The notes under the pieces were generated by a model. That model searched no databases. It was not told where the DNA came from and saw only the letters and a list, made by a program, of their open reading frames with translations. A DNA stretch of 63,011 nt, filler included, from Octopus bimaculoides (lineage: Eukaryota), in assembly GCF_001194135.2 (NCBI RefSeq). It is 8 parts of 8 records of this genome, joined end to end, with 100 filler letters (N's around TTAATTAATTAA, not from the genome) between each part and the next. Parts side by side here need not be neighbours in the genome. Positions count along the whole stretch, not along the records: positions 26,265 to 41,367 come from NC_069000.1; positions 41,468 to 43,849 come from NC_068983.1; positions 43,950 to 48,201 come from NW_026412883.1; positions 48,302 to 56,368 come from NC_068986.1; 4 more parts are not named here. One strand, given 5' to 3'. Shown here piece by piece: positions 38,246 to 50,519 of this stretch (positions within the stretch are counted from its first letter, which is position 1; each line of letters begins with the position of its first letter). The translations under genes were made by a program, and so were the position numbers.

Positions 38246-39819
38246 GGATTATAACTCAAACGCACCCCCCCGTGCCCACGTTTGTGTGTGTGTGTGTGTG
38301 TGTGTGTGCAACTTAACGCAGAATACATATACAATAAATATGTATAGTAGCAGTCGACAAAATTATTTGCTAACTGCTTGCCCGTCGTTCTGTTAACACA
38401 CAGTCAAGTAACACTTTTCTGTTTCCCATGCGATGACATACAATGGATTTCTTTAAAATGCACACTAGTGCACCAATCCAACCGTATTAATAAAACGACA
38501 TTTGATACTTCAAATACTTTACATCTGGCATCAACTAAGCTTGCTCACATTTGATATCGCACATCTGTTATAAATATGGGAGTATAGCGTTGTACGCTTA
38601 TATATGATATCACATCTGCTAATGTACAACTTGAAGGGTTTTTTGTAAACCCTTTTATATGTGGTAACTTATATGAATCCTTTTAGCTATATCCGCACAT
38701 CTGATGTATATAAGCTTGAAACTTGGCTTATATCTGCTTGTGGCATCTATTCATACTGCTAAGATGTCATTTACAACACTGAGTAGATTACATGTGGTAG
38801 TTAAACATTTACGAACCTATCATCTTTCTTCTGCTAGATACTCGGTATAGCTCACAGTCTTATGAAATCTGTAGAGCTAGTGTATATTGATATGTACTGA
38901 CCTTCACGAACCTAGCATCTTATGTCATATATTTGGTAAATGTTTATGCCCACATATTTGATATCTACAGATTTGGTATAACATATCTGATTCAATTATC
39001 TCGTTTGCAAACCCCAAACATTTGTCATATTACCTAATGTAATCTAGTATCTTAAATCTAATTATCAAAGGTCTACTGCCTTACATATGTACAGAGTAGA
39101 GTACATACTATACTGCATATTGCTGACATTTGATTGACATTTCACAAGTGTTATACTTCGAGTAGATCTGCATATCTGGTATCCATAAATTTGACATATG
39201 TCTGATTGCGAGATTTGTTTATATCGACAAGTAAACATTTACGACCTTGGTTCAACATATCTGGTATCTGAACATTATTTGCATACCTTTCTTCTGTTAA
39301 CATCATATATTTCGTTAAAAATCACCAGCTAGCAAGAATTTCATCATTATCTAGACATACCTGGAGACTAGAGAATATGCATTGCCTATTTTGTAATCAG
39401 AAAACTGGCAGAGTCAAATCAGCGCCAGAGAGAATGCTTTGCGGTATTCGCTCTTTCTCTCTGAGCTCTGAGTTCAAATCCGGAGCAAACGCAATAAGTC
39501 TTAAGCTCTAAACAAACACTAACCAATGAGAAGGCGACTATGCAGTCGTTCAACATGATAGATAGGAACTAAATTTCCTTCATCTTAAAACATTTGCCGA
39601 TGCAGTCTGAGGTATACAGGGGGGGGGGGGATAATAACAGCAACAATGTTCTTAACCATAAGCCTGCTCGGTCAAAACCTAATCCAAGTCTAAACAAGGT
39701 CAACAACAACAATAACAACGGGGATAATGATCCGTAAAAATATTCTACGGAGGCGTGGAATACTCTCGGTACTTTTACTTTTAGTTCTTCCCGCTCCCTA
39801 TGCAGCTTTCTTTCTTTAG

Positions 39820-39836
39820 AAATTCGAATACTAAAG
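39820..39836 (+). other. candidate 17-nt microexon
   Basis: ctttctttctttag|AAATTCGAATACTAAAG|gtaagg has near-consensus acceptor and donor. Phase 1 to phase 0 reading gives (E)IRILK. Confidence 0.3.
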
Positions 39837-39959
39837 GTAAGGTTAATGGTCTTGCTCTCCGACTCTTCCTTTCTCTATACAAGCCTGAAACCAATTTTCC
39901 CCGGATATGTTGGATATCAACCCGGGTTTCGAAGTCGAATGAAGTAAACCGAAGGTAAA

Positions 39960-40200
39960 GTAAGGTGAGCTTACCTACTCGAGTCATTCCGACTCATTAA
40001 GGCCAGTTTCCCGGTTTCAATGGCGCATAAATTCCCTACTTGGACGGGGCGCCGGCCCGTCGCAGGATTACTCGTTTTTGCCAGCTGAGTGGACTGGAGC
40101 AACGTGAAATGAAGTGTTTTGCTCAAGACCACAGGAATCGAAACCACAATCTCACGATCATGAGTCAAACACCCTAACCACTAAGCCACGCGTCTCTACG
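39960..40200 (-). mobile_element. SINE family D copy
   Basis: ccagctgagtggactggagcaacgtgaaatgaagtgttttgctcaagac...ggaatcgaaacc...ccctaaccactaagccacgc. Confidence 0.8.
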
Positions 40201-41287
40201 ACTAAATATCCATTTCAGAGACGGTCGCCAGGAGTCAGCTGACTCTGGGACACGTTGCATCAGGTTTTATCACGCTTTGAAGTAAAGTCTGAGATCACTA
40301 CCCACTAGCCAATGCTAACCATTGATATGCTGTATCATGATTGACCTGGGGTTATACGACACCGCCAACAACTAAAACGACCATGAGCCAGTGTGAAGTA
40401 TTATCGCTATTGCTTGACCGACTAGAAATGGTTGTCAAATCTCCTTCAGTCGAGCTCCCACTGATGAAGGACCCAGATGAAGGACAAACGGTATTACGTA
40501 GTCTTAGATAGATGAGATAGTCAGCATCTTTATATGAGGGTTCGCTCTGAGGCTAAATATAAAAAAAACACGAATATTACCAACACAACCACTACCACCA
40601 CCACCGCCGCCACGATGACGACGACGACGAGGATGATACCACCACCACCACCACCACCACCAAGAACAGTGCCAGCAAAAATAGTAACAGCATAGAGAAT
40701 ACCTGTAAGTATCCAATAGCAACGTCCTTCCATGTAAAACTCCAGAAAAACTGAGATAGACATCAGATACTACTGCCGTCTGACAGATTAAGAAAGGGCA
40801 AATGTTATACACACACACGCGCACATGCACGCACACACTCTCTCTCTCCCTCTCTCACACACACACACGCACATACACACATACACATAAAAATACACTC
40901 ACACGTGTGTGTATGTAAATATACATATGCTCATATATGTTTATACGATTGCGTGCATGTGTGAATATATATAAATATATATATGTATACACAAATACAT
41001 ATATATACGTATACGTGTTGTAGACTTGTGGTATTGATGTCTCTATACCCAACGCCTTAGTGGACACTGATGCTGGTGATAAGGAAAGTGATGTATTCTT
41101 GCTTTGTGATGGCTGTTTATGATACTTGGGACTATTCAACAGATAAATTTGGGATCAGTTGACCACCATGACATTTATCAACGCAAAGAAAACACGGGAG
41201 AACATTTTAAGTAAGCATGTATATATACATATATACACGCACGCACATACACACACACACACACACTCACACACACATATATATATA

Positions 41288-41367
<80 letters not shown>

Positions 41368-42949
41368 NNNNNNNNNNNNNNNNNNNNNNNNNNNNNNNNN
41401 NNNNNNNNNNNTTAATTAATTAANNNNNNNNNNNNNNNNNNNNNNNNNNNNNNNNNNNNNNNNNNNNACATACAAAGTAATAACACGTTGCAGCTCTTGT
41501 AACTGTCATTGTCGTTGTGGTGATTGCTTGCTGGGGCGGGGGGGGGTAGCTTGTTGCTGCTGCTGCTACTATTGTTGTTGTTTTTCTTGTTGGTGTTCTT
41601 GTTGCGGTTATGGTGACGGGAGTAGTTTTGAGTGGGGAAGATATAAGTCGTTGTCTAGAAATTATGCAAATCACTTTATGAAATCAGCGACTAATGCTAT
41701 AACGTTAATCGTATTAATTCTGCCCAAGTCCAAGACGAAACCAATTGAAGTCCTCATATCTCTACCATTGCATGAAGTGGTTCTTCTGGTCTGCTCTAGT
41801 TATCTATCTCTACAAGACTTGCAGGAATGAGAAACAGCCATTTATATTTCACCAAGTGTTACATGCTGGTCAACATGAAAGTATAACGAAATGAGTCAAT
41901 CATACAGTAAATGCTGGTTGGTCGTCTGTCTGTAAACGTAATGTATACGACTAAACGCCGCTAATTAATCTAAATATGCAATCTTTACTAGACTCCACTT
42001 AATTCGTCTAATTCAAATTCGCCACTTTACTTTCGAGATTGTTGCATTAACAGAACACACAGGATGAAAGAGAGAGAGAGAGGATGAGAAAGCGTGAGAA
42101 CTAGAGAGCTAGAATGATATACATAGAGATAGGATGAAAGAGAGAACTAAATAAATAGGAAAATATATACAGAGAAAGAGTGAAAGCAAGCGAACTAGAA
42201 AGCTAGGGAGATATACAGAATGAGTGAAAGCGAAATAGCTAGAAAGTTAGGAGATAATGATATATAGAAGGGTGAAAGAGAGAGAAAGTGAGAGGAAGAG
42301 AAAGAGAGAAAGTAGAGCGAGAGCAATTCTTTATTAGATTCGAATGACTAACCATTCTATATCGTACATAAATTTCATCATCTCCCATCCAATGCTCTTC
42401 TTCGCTGAGTTATTCATTGCTTTGCAGTATAAATAGATCTGCATATCCTTCCGAAATATGTAATTTTGTTAGCGGGTTTTTAATTGAATATAATATGTTT
42501 CTTGGTTAATCGTATTCCGAATCAGGTTGGATGGAAGGTGGATGTGGATGTGGTGTGGTGTGGTGTGGTGGGTTATTTCGGGATGGCGGGGTATGAGGAG
42601 GGTTGGACAGTAAAAGGAGCTGGTAGAAACGGCACAAGGGTTCCCTTTAGGGAGCTTAATGATTTCTGGAGATTTACAGGGCCAATTTCATGAAAGTTAA
42701 CTTATTAAACGGTATGAAACACGCATTTTAGCTTCAACAATTGCACGCAATACAGGCGTTCACGTACATTTTATGTCTGCGTATGTGAAAGTATAAGGGA
42801 AAACAAAAGTGTTTATTCATGTAGTTGTTTGTGTGTTTATATATATACACACACACACACACACATATATTTTCATTTCATTTCATTTCAAAGTTTCAGC
42901 TCAGAGCTGCGGCCATGCTGATGCACCACCGTGTTGCTACACTGTTATT

Positions 42950-43125
42950 ACAGGGAGCCTCTTACAATATGTGGCACTTGGTGAAGAATGGAGTTTGATT
43001 TAGCAACTCTCATTTGCACCTCCTGCCGCGAGGTAGGTTCATCTGGGACTCTCGATAGGAAGAGGTCCAGCTTTGATTTAAAAACTCCTACATCTACTTT
43101 GTGCAGATTCCTCAGGCTCTTTGGG
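42950..43125 (-). mobile_element. CR1-group LINE ORF2 C-terminal remnant
   Basis: PKSLRNLHKVDVGVFKSKLDLFLSRVPDEP matches the LP..LRN....FK..LD.FL..VPDEP motif of CR1-group ORF2 ends. Confidence 0.75.
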
Positions 43126-43479
43126 NNNNNNNNNNNNNNNNNNNNNNNNNNNNNNNNNNNNNNNNNNNNNNNNNNNNNNNNNNNNNNNNNNNNNNNNNNN
43201 NNNNNNNNNNNNNNNNNNNNNNNNNNNNNNNNNNNNNNNNNNNNNNNNNNNNNNNNNNNNNNNNNNNNNNNNNNNNNNNNNNNNNNNNNNNNNNNNNNNN
43301 NNNNNNNNNNNNNNNNNNNNNNNNNNNNNNNNNNNNNNNNNNNNNNNNNNNNNNNNNTATATATATATATATATATATGCATACATACATATATATATAT
43401 GCATACATACATACATATCAAGGAATCTCTCCCGTCGTTAGACGATGTATGAGTGTTCGGCAATTTCTTGGCGCACAAC

Positions 43480-43715
43480 CACACACATGATTTGTTTATA
43501 GTGATCAATTGTTTGTGTTTACATAAGCTCACTCCCTTCAGTAAATCGACATTACCTGTACAGGTGCAACGGATTTCAGATGACGAAATGAACGCAGAGC
43601 AACGTGAGATGGAGTGCTTTGGTCAAGAACACAACGCAACGCCAAGTCTGAGAATCGAAATTACGATCTCACAATCGTGAATGCAACACCCTAACTACAA
43701 AGCCATGCGCCTTCT
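43480..43715 (-). mobile_element. SINE family D copy
   Basis: gagcaacgtgagatggagtgctttggtcaagaacacaacgc...gaatcgaaattacgatctc. Confidence 0.7.
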
Positions 43716-43790
43716 CATATATATATATATGTTTATGTATATATATGTATATATATACACACATACATATATATGTATATATATACATAC

Positions 43791-43833
<43 letters not shown>

Positions 43834-43971
43834 ATTTATATATATATATNNNNNNNNNNNNNNNNNNNNNNNNNNNNNNNNNNNNNNNNNNNNTTAATTA
43901 ATTAANNNNNNNNNNNNNNNNNNNNNNNNNNNNNNNNNNNNNNNNNNNNAAATTTATATTTTATGTAGAAT

Positions 43972-44007
43972 GTCTTACAGCTGTTTCAGGGAAAATTCAT
44001 TGGAGAC
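43972..44007 (-). ncRNA. degenerate hammerhead motif (same family as 47159-47206)
   Basis: GTCT-CCAATGA-ATTTTCCCT-GAAAC-AGCT-GTA-AGAC. Stems I and III are intact and the 5' arm of stem II is deleted. Confidence 0.55.
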
Positions 44008-44437
44008 GTTAATAGTAGAAGAATGGATTATTACATCTATAAGAGGAGATTTGCTGTAAGAAATGAGAGCGATGCGGAGAAGAAAAAACAAAGAAGAAAA
44101 AGTACTTGGATTATAGTTCCATTCCAAAAGTAAATATCCATGTATAGAATCCGTGTGGGTATTTTCCAGTGATAATTATAGTTGCAATGGTGGATATATA
44201 TCATATCGTATCCAGTTTACTCTGTGATTTATTTACTTCGAACTCTCCTTTAAGTAATATGTGTGTGTACACAAGTGTATATATATATATAGGTATATAT
44301 ATATGTATATGTATAGGTATATATATATGTGTGAGTGTATATATATATAGGTATATATAGGTGTATATATAATAGGTATATGTATAGGTGTATATATAAT
44401 AGTTATATATATATAGATATATATATGCATATATATA

Positions 44438-45490
44438 CAGCACTGAAAGTGTAGCTGCTAGAATAAGAATAGCCTGGGCAAAGTTTAGAGAGTTCCTACC
44501 TCTGCTACATGGCAGTGAAGCATGGGCCGTGACTGCTGAGGACATGCGTAAGCTTGCAAGAAACGAAGCCAGTATGCTCCGATGGACGTGTAATGTAAGT
44601 GTGCATACTCGACTGAGTGTAATTACCTTGAGAGAAAAGTTAGACCTAAGAAGCATCAGTTGTGGTGTGCAAGAGAGACGATTGCGTTGGTATGGTCATG
44701 TGGCAAGAATAGATGAGGATAGCTGTGTGAAAAAGTGCTACACCCTAGCAGTTGAGGGAACCTGTGGAAGAGGTAGACCCAGGAAGACCTGGGAGGTGGT
44801 GAAGCAAGATCTTTGAACTTTAAGCCTCACCAAGGCAATGACCAGTGACCAGGACCTTTGGAAATATGCAGTACGTGAGAAGACCCTGCAAGGCAAGTGA
44901 GAGCATAATGTGATCTCTGCCAGAAGTGTAACCAGCTCACTAATCCATATCTTTACTTCATTGGACGCTAAAAACCCTGCTTGCGAAAACCTGTTGAGGC
45001 AAGTGAATTTGGAATCTGAAATCAAAATCGAACCGAATCCGACGACTGGCACTCATGCCAACCTCTCCTTCATTGGACACTAAACTCTGCTTGCGAAGAT
45101 CTGTTGGTGCAAGTGATATCGTAATTGAACCATATTCGATGACTGGTACCACACCAGTGGAGCACTAACAGCACTGTCGAGCGTGTTCATTGCCAGAGCA
45201 GCTGTCTGGCTTCCGTGCTAGTGGTCTGTAAATAGCACCATTTGAGCGTAATTGTTACTAGCGTTGCCTTCTAGCACTTGTGTTGGTGGTACATTAGAAA
45301 ATCATTTGAGCGAGGTCGTCAGTGCCGCCAGACTGGCCTCCATGCAGGTGGCACGTGAAAAACACCTCGTTGAGCATGGCCGTTGCCAGTACCGTGTGAC
45401 TGGCCCTCATGTCGGTGGCATGTAAAAGCACCCACTACATTCTCAGAGTGGTTGGCATTAGGGAGGGCATCTAGCTGTAGAAACTCTGCA
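44438..45490 (+). mobile_element. RTE-clade LINE 3' portion (post-RT ORF end plus long 3'UTR with about 60-bp internal repeats)
   Basis: [21 protein letters not shown]...[26 protein letters not shown]...[21 protein letters not shown]...GRGRPRKTW is a classic RTE C-terminus. Confidence 0.9.
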
Positions 45491-45494
45491 TATC

Positions 45495-46660
45495 TTCCCC
45501 ATCTTTACTTCAGGGCATAGATTTGTAATTGTTTCAATCTCTTCCAGTAGCTCAACTGCCCGTTGAAGCAGTGTTCTTGGCGTGATGCCATTGAAATGCT
45601 TCATGGCCTGTGATTAATTTGTAACTGTAGGGAGAGCTGTAGTCCAAACCTCCGATGGCAAGCATCTTCCATAGGACCAGTATAGTTTCCTAGTCACTTA
45701 TGCTGAAAGTTCTAAGATTCCATCTGGCCTTTCTCATGCATACTGTCACCATTTTGGTGTTATGTACGTAAAACAAAGCATCATTGTCCAATCCCCAGGT
45801 CACGCGGAATTTTATCCTTCGTTGTAGTGTGTTGGTGCAAGCTGGCTCATTGTGGAGGTCTTTGAATTTTCCTGCATTAAATTGCATGCTATTTCCGACA
45901 GTCCATTTATATATGTCTTTTAGACCTATCTGTAGAAGATAAACATTGAACAGTTTCTTGACAGCTTGTACTACTTTTGTATCATCAGCATAGCTAGTGA
46001 GAGTGGCCATCTGTATAGCTGATAACATGTCTGAGAGAGCATTTATGCACAGCTGTGACCCAAAGACAGTTCCTTGAGACACTCCACTCACTATTAATAT
46101 CTCTATTTAGAAGACTCCATCAGTGGCTACAGCCAGGCTTCTGTCTTTTCAGAAGCCATTCAACCACTCACCCAGTTTTCTAACTATGCCAAGTTCTCAT
46201 GACTTGTGACATATCCCATGCTCAGCCTTATTTAAAACCTTTGCAAAATCAAGATATATCGCATCCACATTTGCATGGTTCATAAATTGTTTCAACACCC
46301 AGCCATTACGATACTGAAGCTGTGTAAGGCAGCTTCTTCCTGGGTGGAAGCCATACTGAGTATCAGGAAGCAAGGCATTATCTTATACGAATGTAATCAG
46401 CCTTCTCCTGACTATTCATTTCATGACTTCGCTGATGTTATGTTAGAAGGACAGTTTTGCAATTTTTAGCATCTGCTTTGCTTTCTCCTTTATGGATAGT
46501 ACATATTAATGCTTCCCTTTCATTTTCTGGAAAGTTTATCACCTGCAAGGAAGCCTTAGAAAAGGATCTGCAGTGGTCCTGACAGCCTTGGCTCCTTTTT
46601 CTATTCTCTCCTTTTCATGGTGATTATGTGAATGAGGAGTCCAACGCAGGTCATACATCA
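45495..46660 (-). mobile_element. CR1-group LINE reverse transcriptase remnant (frameshifted)
   Basis: SGVSQGTVFGSQL...LTSYADDTKV...IYKWTVGNSMQFNAGKF covers RT motifs 4-7. Upstream there is a D..K.FD-like region with stops. Confidence 0.9.
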
Positions 46661-46664
46661 TGTG

Positions 46665-46957
46665 TATCATCATCATCATTGTTTAACGTCCGCTTTCCAT
46701 GCTAGCATGGGTTGGACGATTTGACTGAGGACTGATGAAACCGGATGGCAACACCAGGCTCCAATCTGATTTGGCAGAGTTTCTACAGCTGGATGCCCTT
46801 CCTAACGCCAACCACTAAGAGAGTGTAGTGGGTGCTTTTACGTGTCACCCGCACGAAGGCCAGTCAGGCGGTACTGGCAACAGCCACGCTCAAAATGGTG
46901 TATTTTATGTACCACCCGCACAAGAGCCAGTCCAGGGGCACTGGCAACGATCTCGCT
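46665..46957 (-). mobile_element. 3'UTR fragment of the RTE-type element (inverted relative to 45240-45490) with (ATG)n tail
   Basis: gcagagtttctacagctggatgcccttcctaacgccaaccact...gtagtgggtgctttta is the reverse complement of the 45430-45490 segment. Confidence 0.85.
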
Positions 46958-47149
46958 GTCCCCATATATATGGAACACCATTTTATCAAGTCAATTACAC
47001 ATAGGCTAAGATTGAAAACAAATATCAACTGCTACAAAAATTATAGCTAAAACCTAACAATGTAATAAATAAAAGTAACAGAATGAGATAAAAAAAATTA
47101 ACAGAATGATATAAAAATCCAAGGCTGTGAAAGATTTCAGAACATTTAT

Positions 47150-48165
47150 AAAGAGAGGGTCTTACAGCTGTTTCCAGGATATTTTATATATCCCTTCATC
47201 GGAGACAGTGTGAGAAAATGGTTAAGCAATAGTAATTCTAGATAAGATATGAAATAGAGACTGAAGTGGAGGAATGAAAATAGACGTGAGATATGCAGAG
47301 ATATTGTTTCTGCAGTTCCATTATTTAGGCAGAGAGATAATGAAGAGAGGAAAAGTATACTGTTTATTGGTCAGTCAGGATAAATTGATAGAAGGAATGG
47401 GGTGGTGAGGGTGATTGAGAGAGAAAGATATGAGGCTGTAAAGAGATGAGAGATTAACGAAGTGAGGGGCAGAGAGAGGGGGGTAGGGGTAGTAAAATGG
47501 TGGAATGAAGAATTTGGGAATATAGGTTAGGTTGCTTAGAGGACAGGCCAGTGCTTAGTAGGAGAAGAATATATATGTGATGATGTATACACATGCATAT
47601 ATTAAACATGTATATAGATATTTACACACATCAACATCTACACATACAACACATACTCGTGTGTATGTATATACGCATACTCATATATACGTCTATCTAT
47701 GTATTATCACCCCTGCACACGCAGGTATATACCTTGCATACATACACACGTATATTCGCATATATATATACAAATACAATTACATGATTGTGATATTCAC
47801 GTATGAAAGTGGAATTAGATAGGGATTAGGAGTTAAAATGTAGATTTATAAAGTTATTGGGATTACCTAAGGGATATTGTGGAAATATACTGTATGGTCA
47901 TTTAGGCATTTGGATTTGTGGTAGAATTTGAATGTGTGAACAAAAGCGGTGGTTGCATGTGCTTAGTGACTCATTGTTTATTTAGCAGTGTTGGAAAGCT
48001 GTGCTCTAATATGTGAAGCACCTACTTTAGGCGAAGCTTGCAGGTTGAGCGTTAACCTCGGTAGGGAAGCCCTAAATCCAGTATGGATCATGATAGAGTA
48101 TAGGTTCTATTTGTATTTTTGAGATGATGTGTGTGGTTGGCGAGTGTTGTAGATTTACTATGTTT
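47150..48165 (-). mobile_element. Penelope-like element remnant: GIY-YIG endonuclease C-terminus, pyrimidine-rich 3' region and hammerhead
   Basis: Minus translation of about 48165-47930: HSKSTTLANHTHHLKNTNRTYTLS*SILDLGLPY...CKLRLK*VLHILEHSFPTLLNK. This resembles the STTL..H...LK......W.IL....Y....C.LCL.E...I......LLNK motif of Penelope endonucleases. Confidence 0.75.
47159..47206 (-). ncRNA. type I hammerhead ribozyme motif with CCGAUGA core variant
   Basis: GTCT-CCGATGA-AGGGATAT(ATAAA)ATATCCTG-GAAAC-AGCT-GTA-AGAC. This gives a 4-bp stem I, about 7-bp stem II, a palindromic AGCT stem III loop and a GUA triplet. Confidence 0.7.
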
Positions 48166-48679
48166 ATTGTATCTATATATATATATATATATATATATAT
48201 ANNNNNNNNNNNNNNNNNNNNNNNNNNNNNNNNNNNNNNNNNNNNTTAATTAATTAANNNNNNNNNNNNNNNNNNNNNNNNNNNNNNNNNNNNNNNNNNN
48301 NTTGATGCAGTTTTGCTTGCTGAGAGAAGGAATATGATCTTGATCATCAGCATGCAAAACTAATTCATTGTAGAAAATTTGAAAATATTCTGGTGGTTAT
48401 TTCAGAAAATTCTAGTGGTTCGAAAGAATTTAACAGGATCCACACAACTTCCTCTTCGCCGAAAAATTCTAGAAAAAGAAAAAAAAAAAAAAAGAAGAAA
48501 AAAGGCGGGAAGAGCCATTTGTGACAACATTCATAGACACATGTTTTTTGAATTTAGATAACGAACGGAAATCATTTACTGCTTTTTTTCGGTTTCACTA
48601 ATGAAATGCAGAAATTGTTTAACAAACATAGCAATCTTCAACACATCTTCGTAGACATAGATGAAAGTGTTATTGATAA

Positions 48680-48885
48680 GTAACGAAAAGGCGTCGACCT
48701 GGTTGAATCGTTAGCACGACGCTTAGCGGCATTTTGTCCGTCTTCATGTTCTGACTTCACGTAGAGGTTGACTTTGCCTTTCATCGTTTCAGAGTCAATA
48801 AAACAAGTAAAATTTGAACACTGGGGTCGACCTAATTGACCTATTCCTCCCTTGAAATTGCTGGCCTTATGCCAAAACTTGAAAG
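48680..48885 (+). mobile_element. SINE family B copy
   Basis: gaatcgttagcacgacgcttagcggcattttgtccg...gttgactttgcctttcatc. Confidence 0.75.
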
Positions 48886-48935
48886 CAATAATAATAAATA
48901 GCGATGACAAATGATGGTGGTAATGTTTATGGTTG

Positions 48936-49366
48936 TTGGCACTCCGTCGCTTACGACGTCAAGGGTTCCAATTGATCCGATCAATGGGATCTTTTTTAAA
49001 ACGGGGGCGCCAGTTTTCATTAATGTTTTATGGAGTGTTTAGATCCGATCAATGGAACAGCCTGCTCGTGAAATTAACGTGCAAGTGGCTGAGCACTCCA
49101 CACCCTTAATGTAGTTCTCGGGGATATTCAGCGTGACACAGTGTGACAAGGCTGACCCTTTGAATTACAGGCACAACAGAAACAGGAAGTAAGAGTGAGA
49201 GAAAGTTGTGGTGAAAGAGTACAGCAGGGTTCGCCACCATCCCCTGCCGGAGCCGCGTGGAACTTTTAGGTGTTTTCGCTCAATAAACACTCACAACGCT
49301 CGGTCTGGGAATCGAAACCGAGATCCTATGACCGCTGCCCTAACCACTGGGCCATTGCGCCTCCAC
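48936..49366 (-). mobile_element. SINE family C carrying a 54-bp insertion with 14-bp direct repeats
   Basis: Family C head and tail are present. GATCCGATCAATGG occurs at 48974-48987 and 49042-49055. Confidence 0.85.
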
Positions 49367-49414
49367 AATATTTATGGTTATGATGCTGATGAAAAATTGT
49401 TCCAGAGTACTGTA

Positions 49415-49641
49415 CAGCCGGGTTCTTAACCAGCGGGCAGTGAATCATTTTGTACTGGACCGCACAAAAAGAATAAAATTTTATCTCTATTTTAATGACT
49501 ACGAGAATGTTTTTATATAATATATTTATTATGTAATATTACATATTATGCACTGGTTTGTTATCTGCGTGATCCCATGACCCGGGAAAAATTATTTGCA
49601 TTAAAACCGGTTAGAGTTACCAAAAAGGTTAGGGACCGCTG
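49415..49641. mobile_element. hAT/Charlie-like MITE
   Basis: Ends cagccgggttcttaacc... and ...ccaaaaaggttagggaccgctg resemble CAGYGGTYCYCAACC TIRs. No 8-bp TSD is recognisable. Confidence 0.5.
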
Positions 49642-50519
49642 CTACAAAGTCCTGCACAGAATGAATATTATTTTAAGTTTTGAAAATAATCTCATTATTC
49701 AATGAAAAAGGAAGGTATTATATCTTTGTCTGTTATCGTCAGTTAATGGTAGTTAGTTCCATATCGTTGTGACCATAGCCTTCCATATACAGTAAATTCG
49801 TAAACTCTTTCTCATCCGGTACTCAAATAACAGGAACTCTCAAGTAGAGAGCACCCAGAAAAAAAGTAAAAGATAATGTGTTGTGAATAACAGTCAACAG
49901 AATTTGTGAGCTAAAGGTACATACAGAGTACAGAGAATAAAACTCAGGGACAAAAACGTGAATTGTAAAACAAAAAAACATGTTGAGTTACGGATGCTTA
50001 GGCACGTCAAGAGTTATGTAGGCGAATTTCATAAAGCAAGGAATTTTTATTAAGTTGGACAATGCTATGTGTGTTCTATTTTAACCTATATACAGTATTA
50101 AAATTGCGTCCAGTTCCTAAGAGACTTTTGCATATTTATTCAATTTTTGTGTGAGAATAGTACATATTTTCAGACTTTTATATTTCCTTTAAGAGTTCGT
50201 AAGTGATATTGACGCTGAAAAATGCAATGAATGTGTTGTCTTTTTTAGTATTTGAAGAATTTGTTATAATTCTTTGGTTAGTTCATAAACTGCTAAAATA
50301 AGAAATGACACCTCAGCAAAAACCGAAGGGAATATTTAATCCATTCTCATTCAAAACGCAATCAAGTCTGTTAAGCGTTTCAAGGTTCTTGAGAATTAAA
50401 GAAAACATGTTTTATCCATGATAAGATCTGTTATGATAAATTAATAAATTGCAACGGAGAGCTAAAATTATGTTCTACTAATACAAAACAGTTTTTGGGG
50501 TGATAAATAAATAAATTTG

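Noticed and set aside
41785-41895. Short signal-peptide-like frame MKWFFWSALVIYLYKTC...
   Set aside because: Only about 40 codons, with no good donor and no supporting context.
50310-50420. Possible Tc1/mariner 5' end (MTPQQK...)
   Set aside because: Too short and degenerate, with no TIR or catalytic motif visible.
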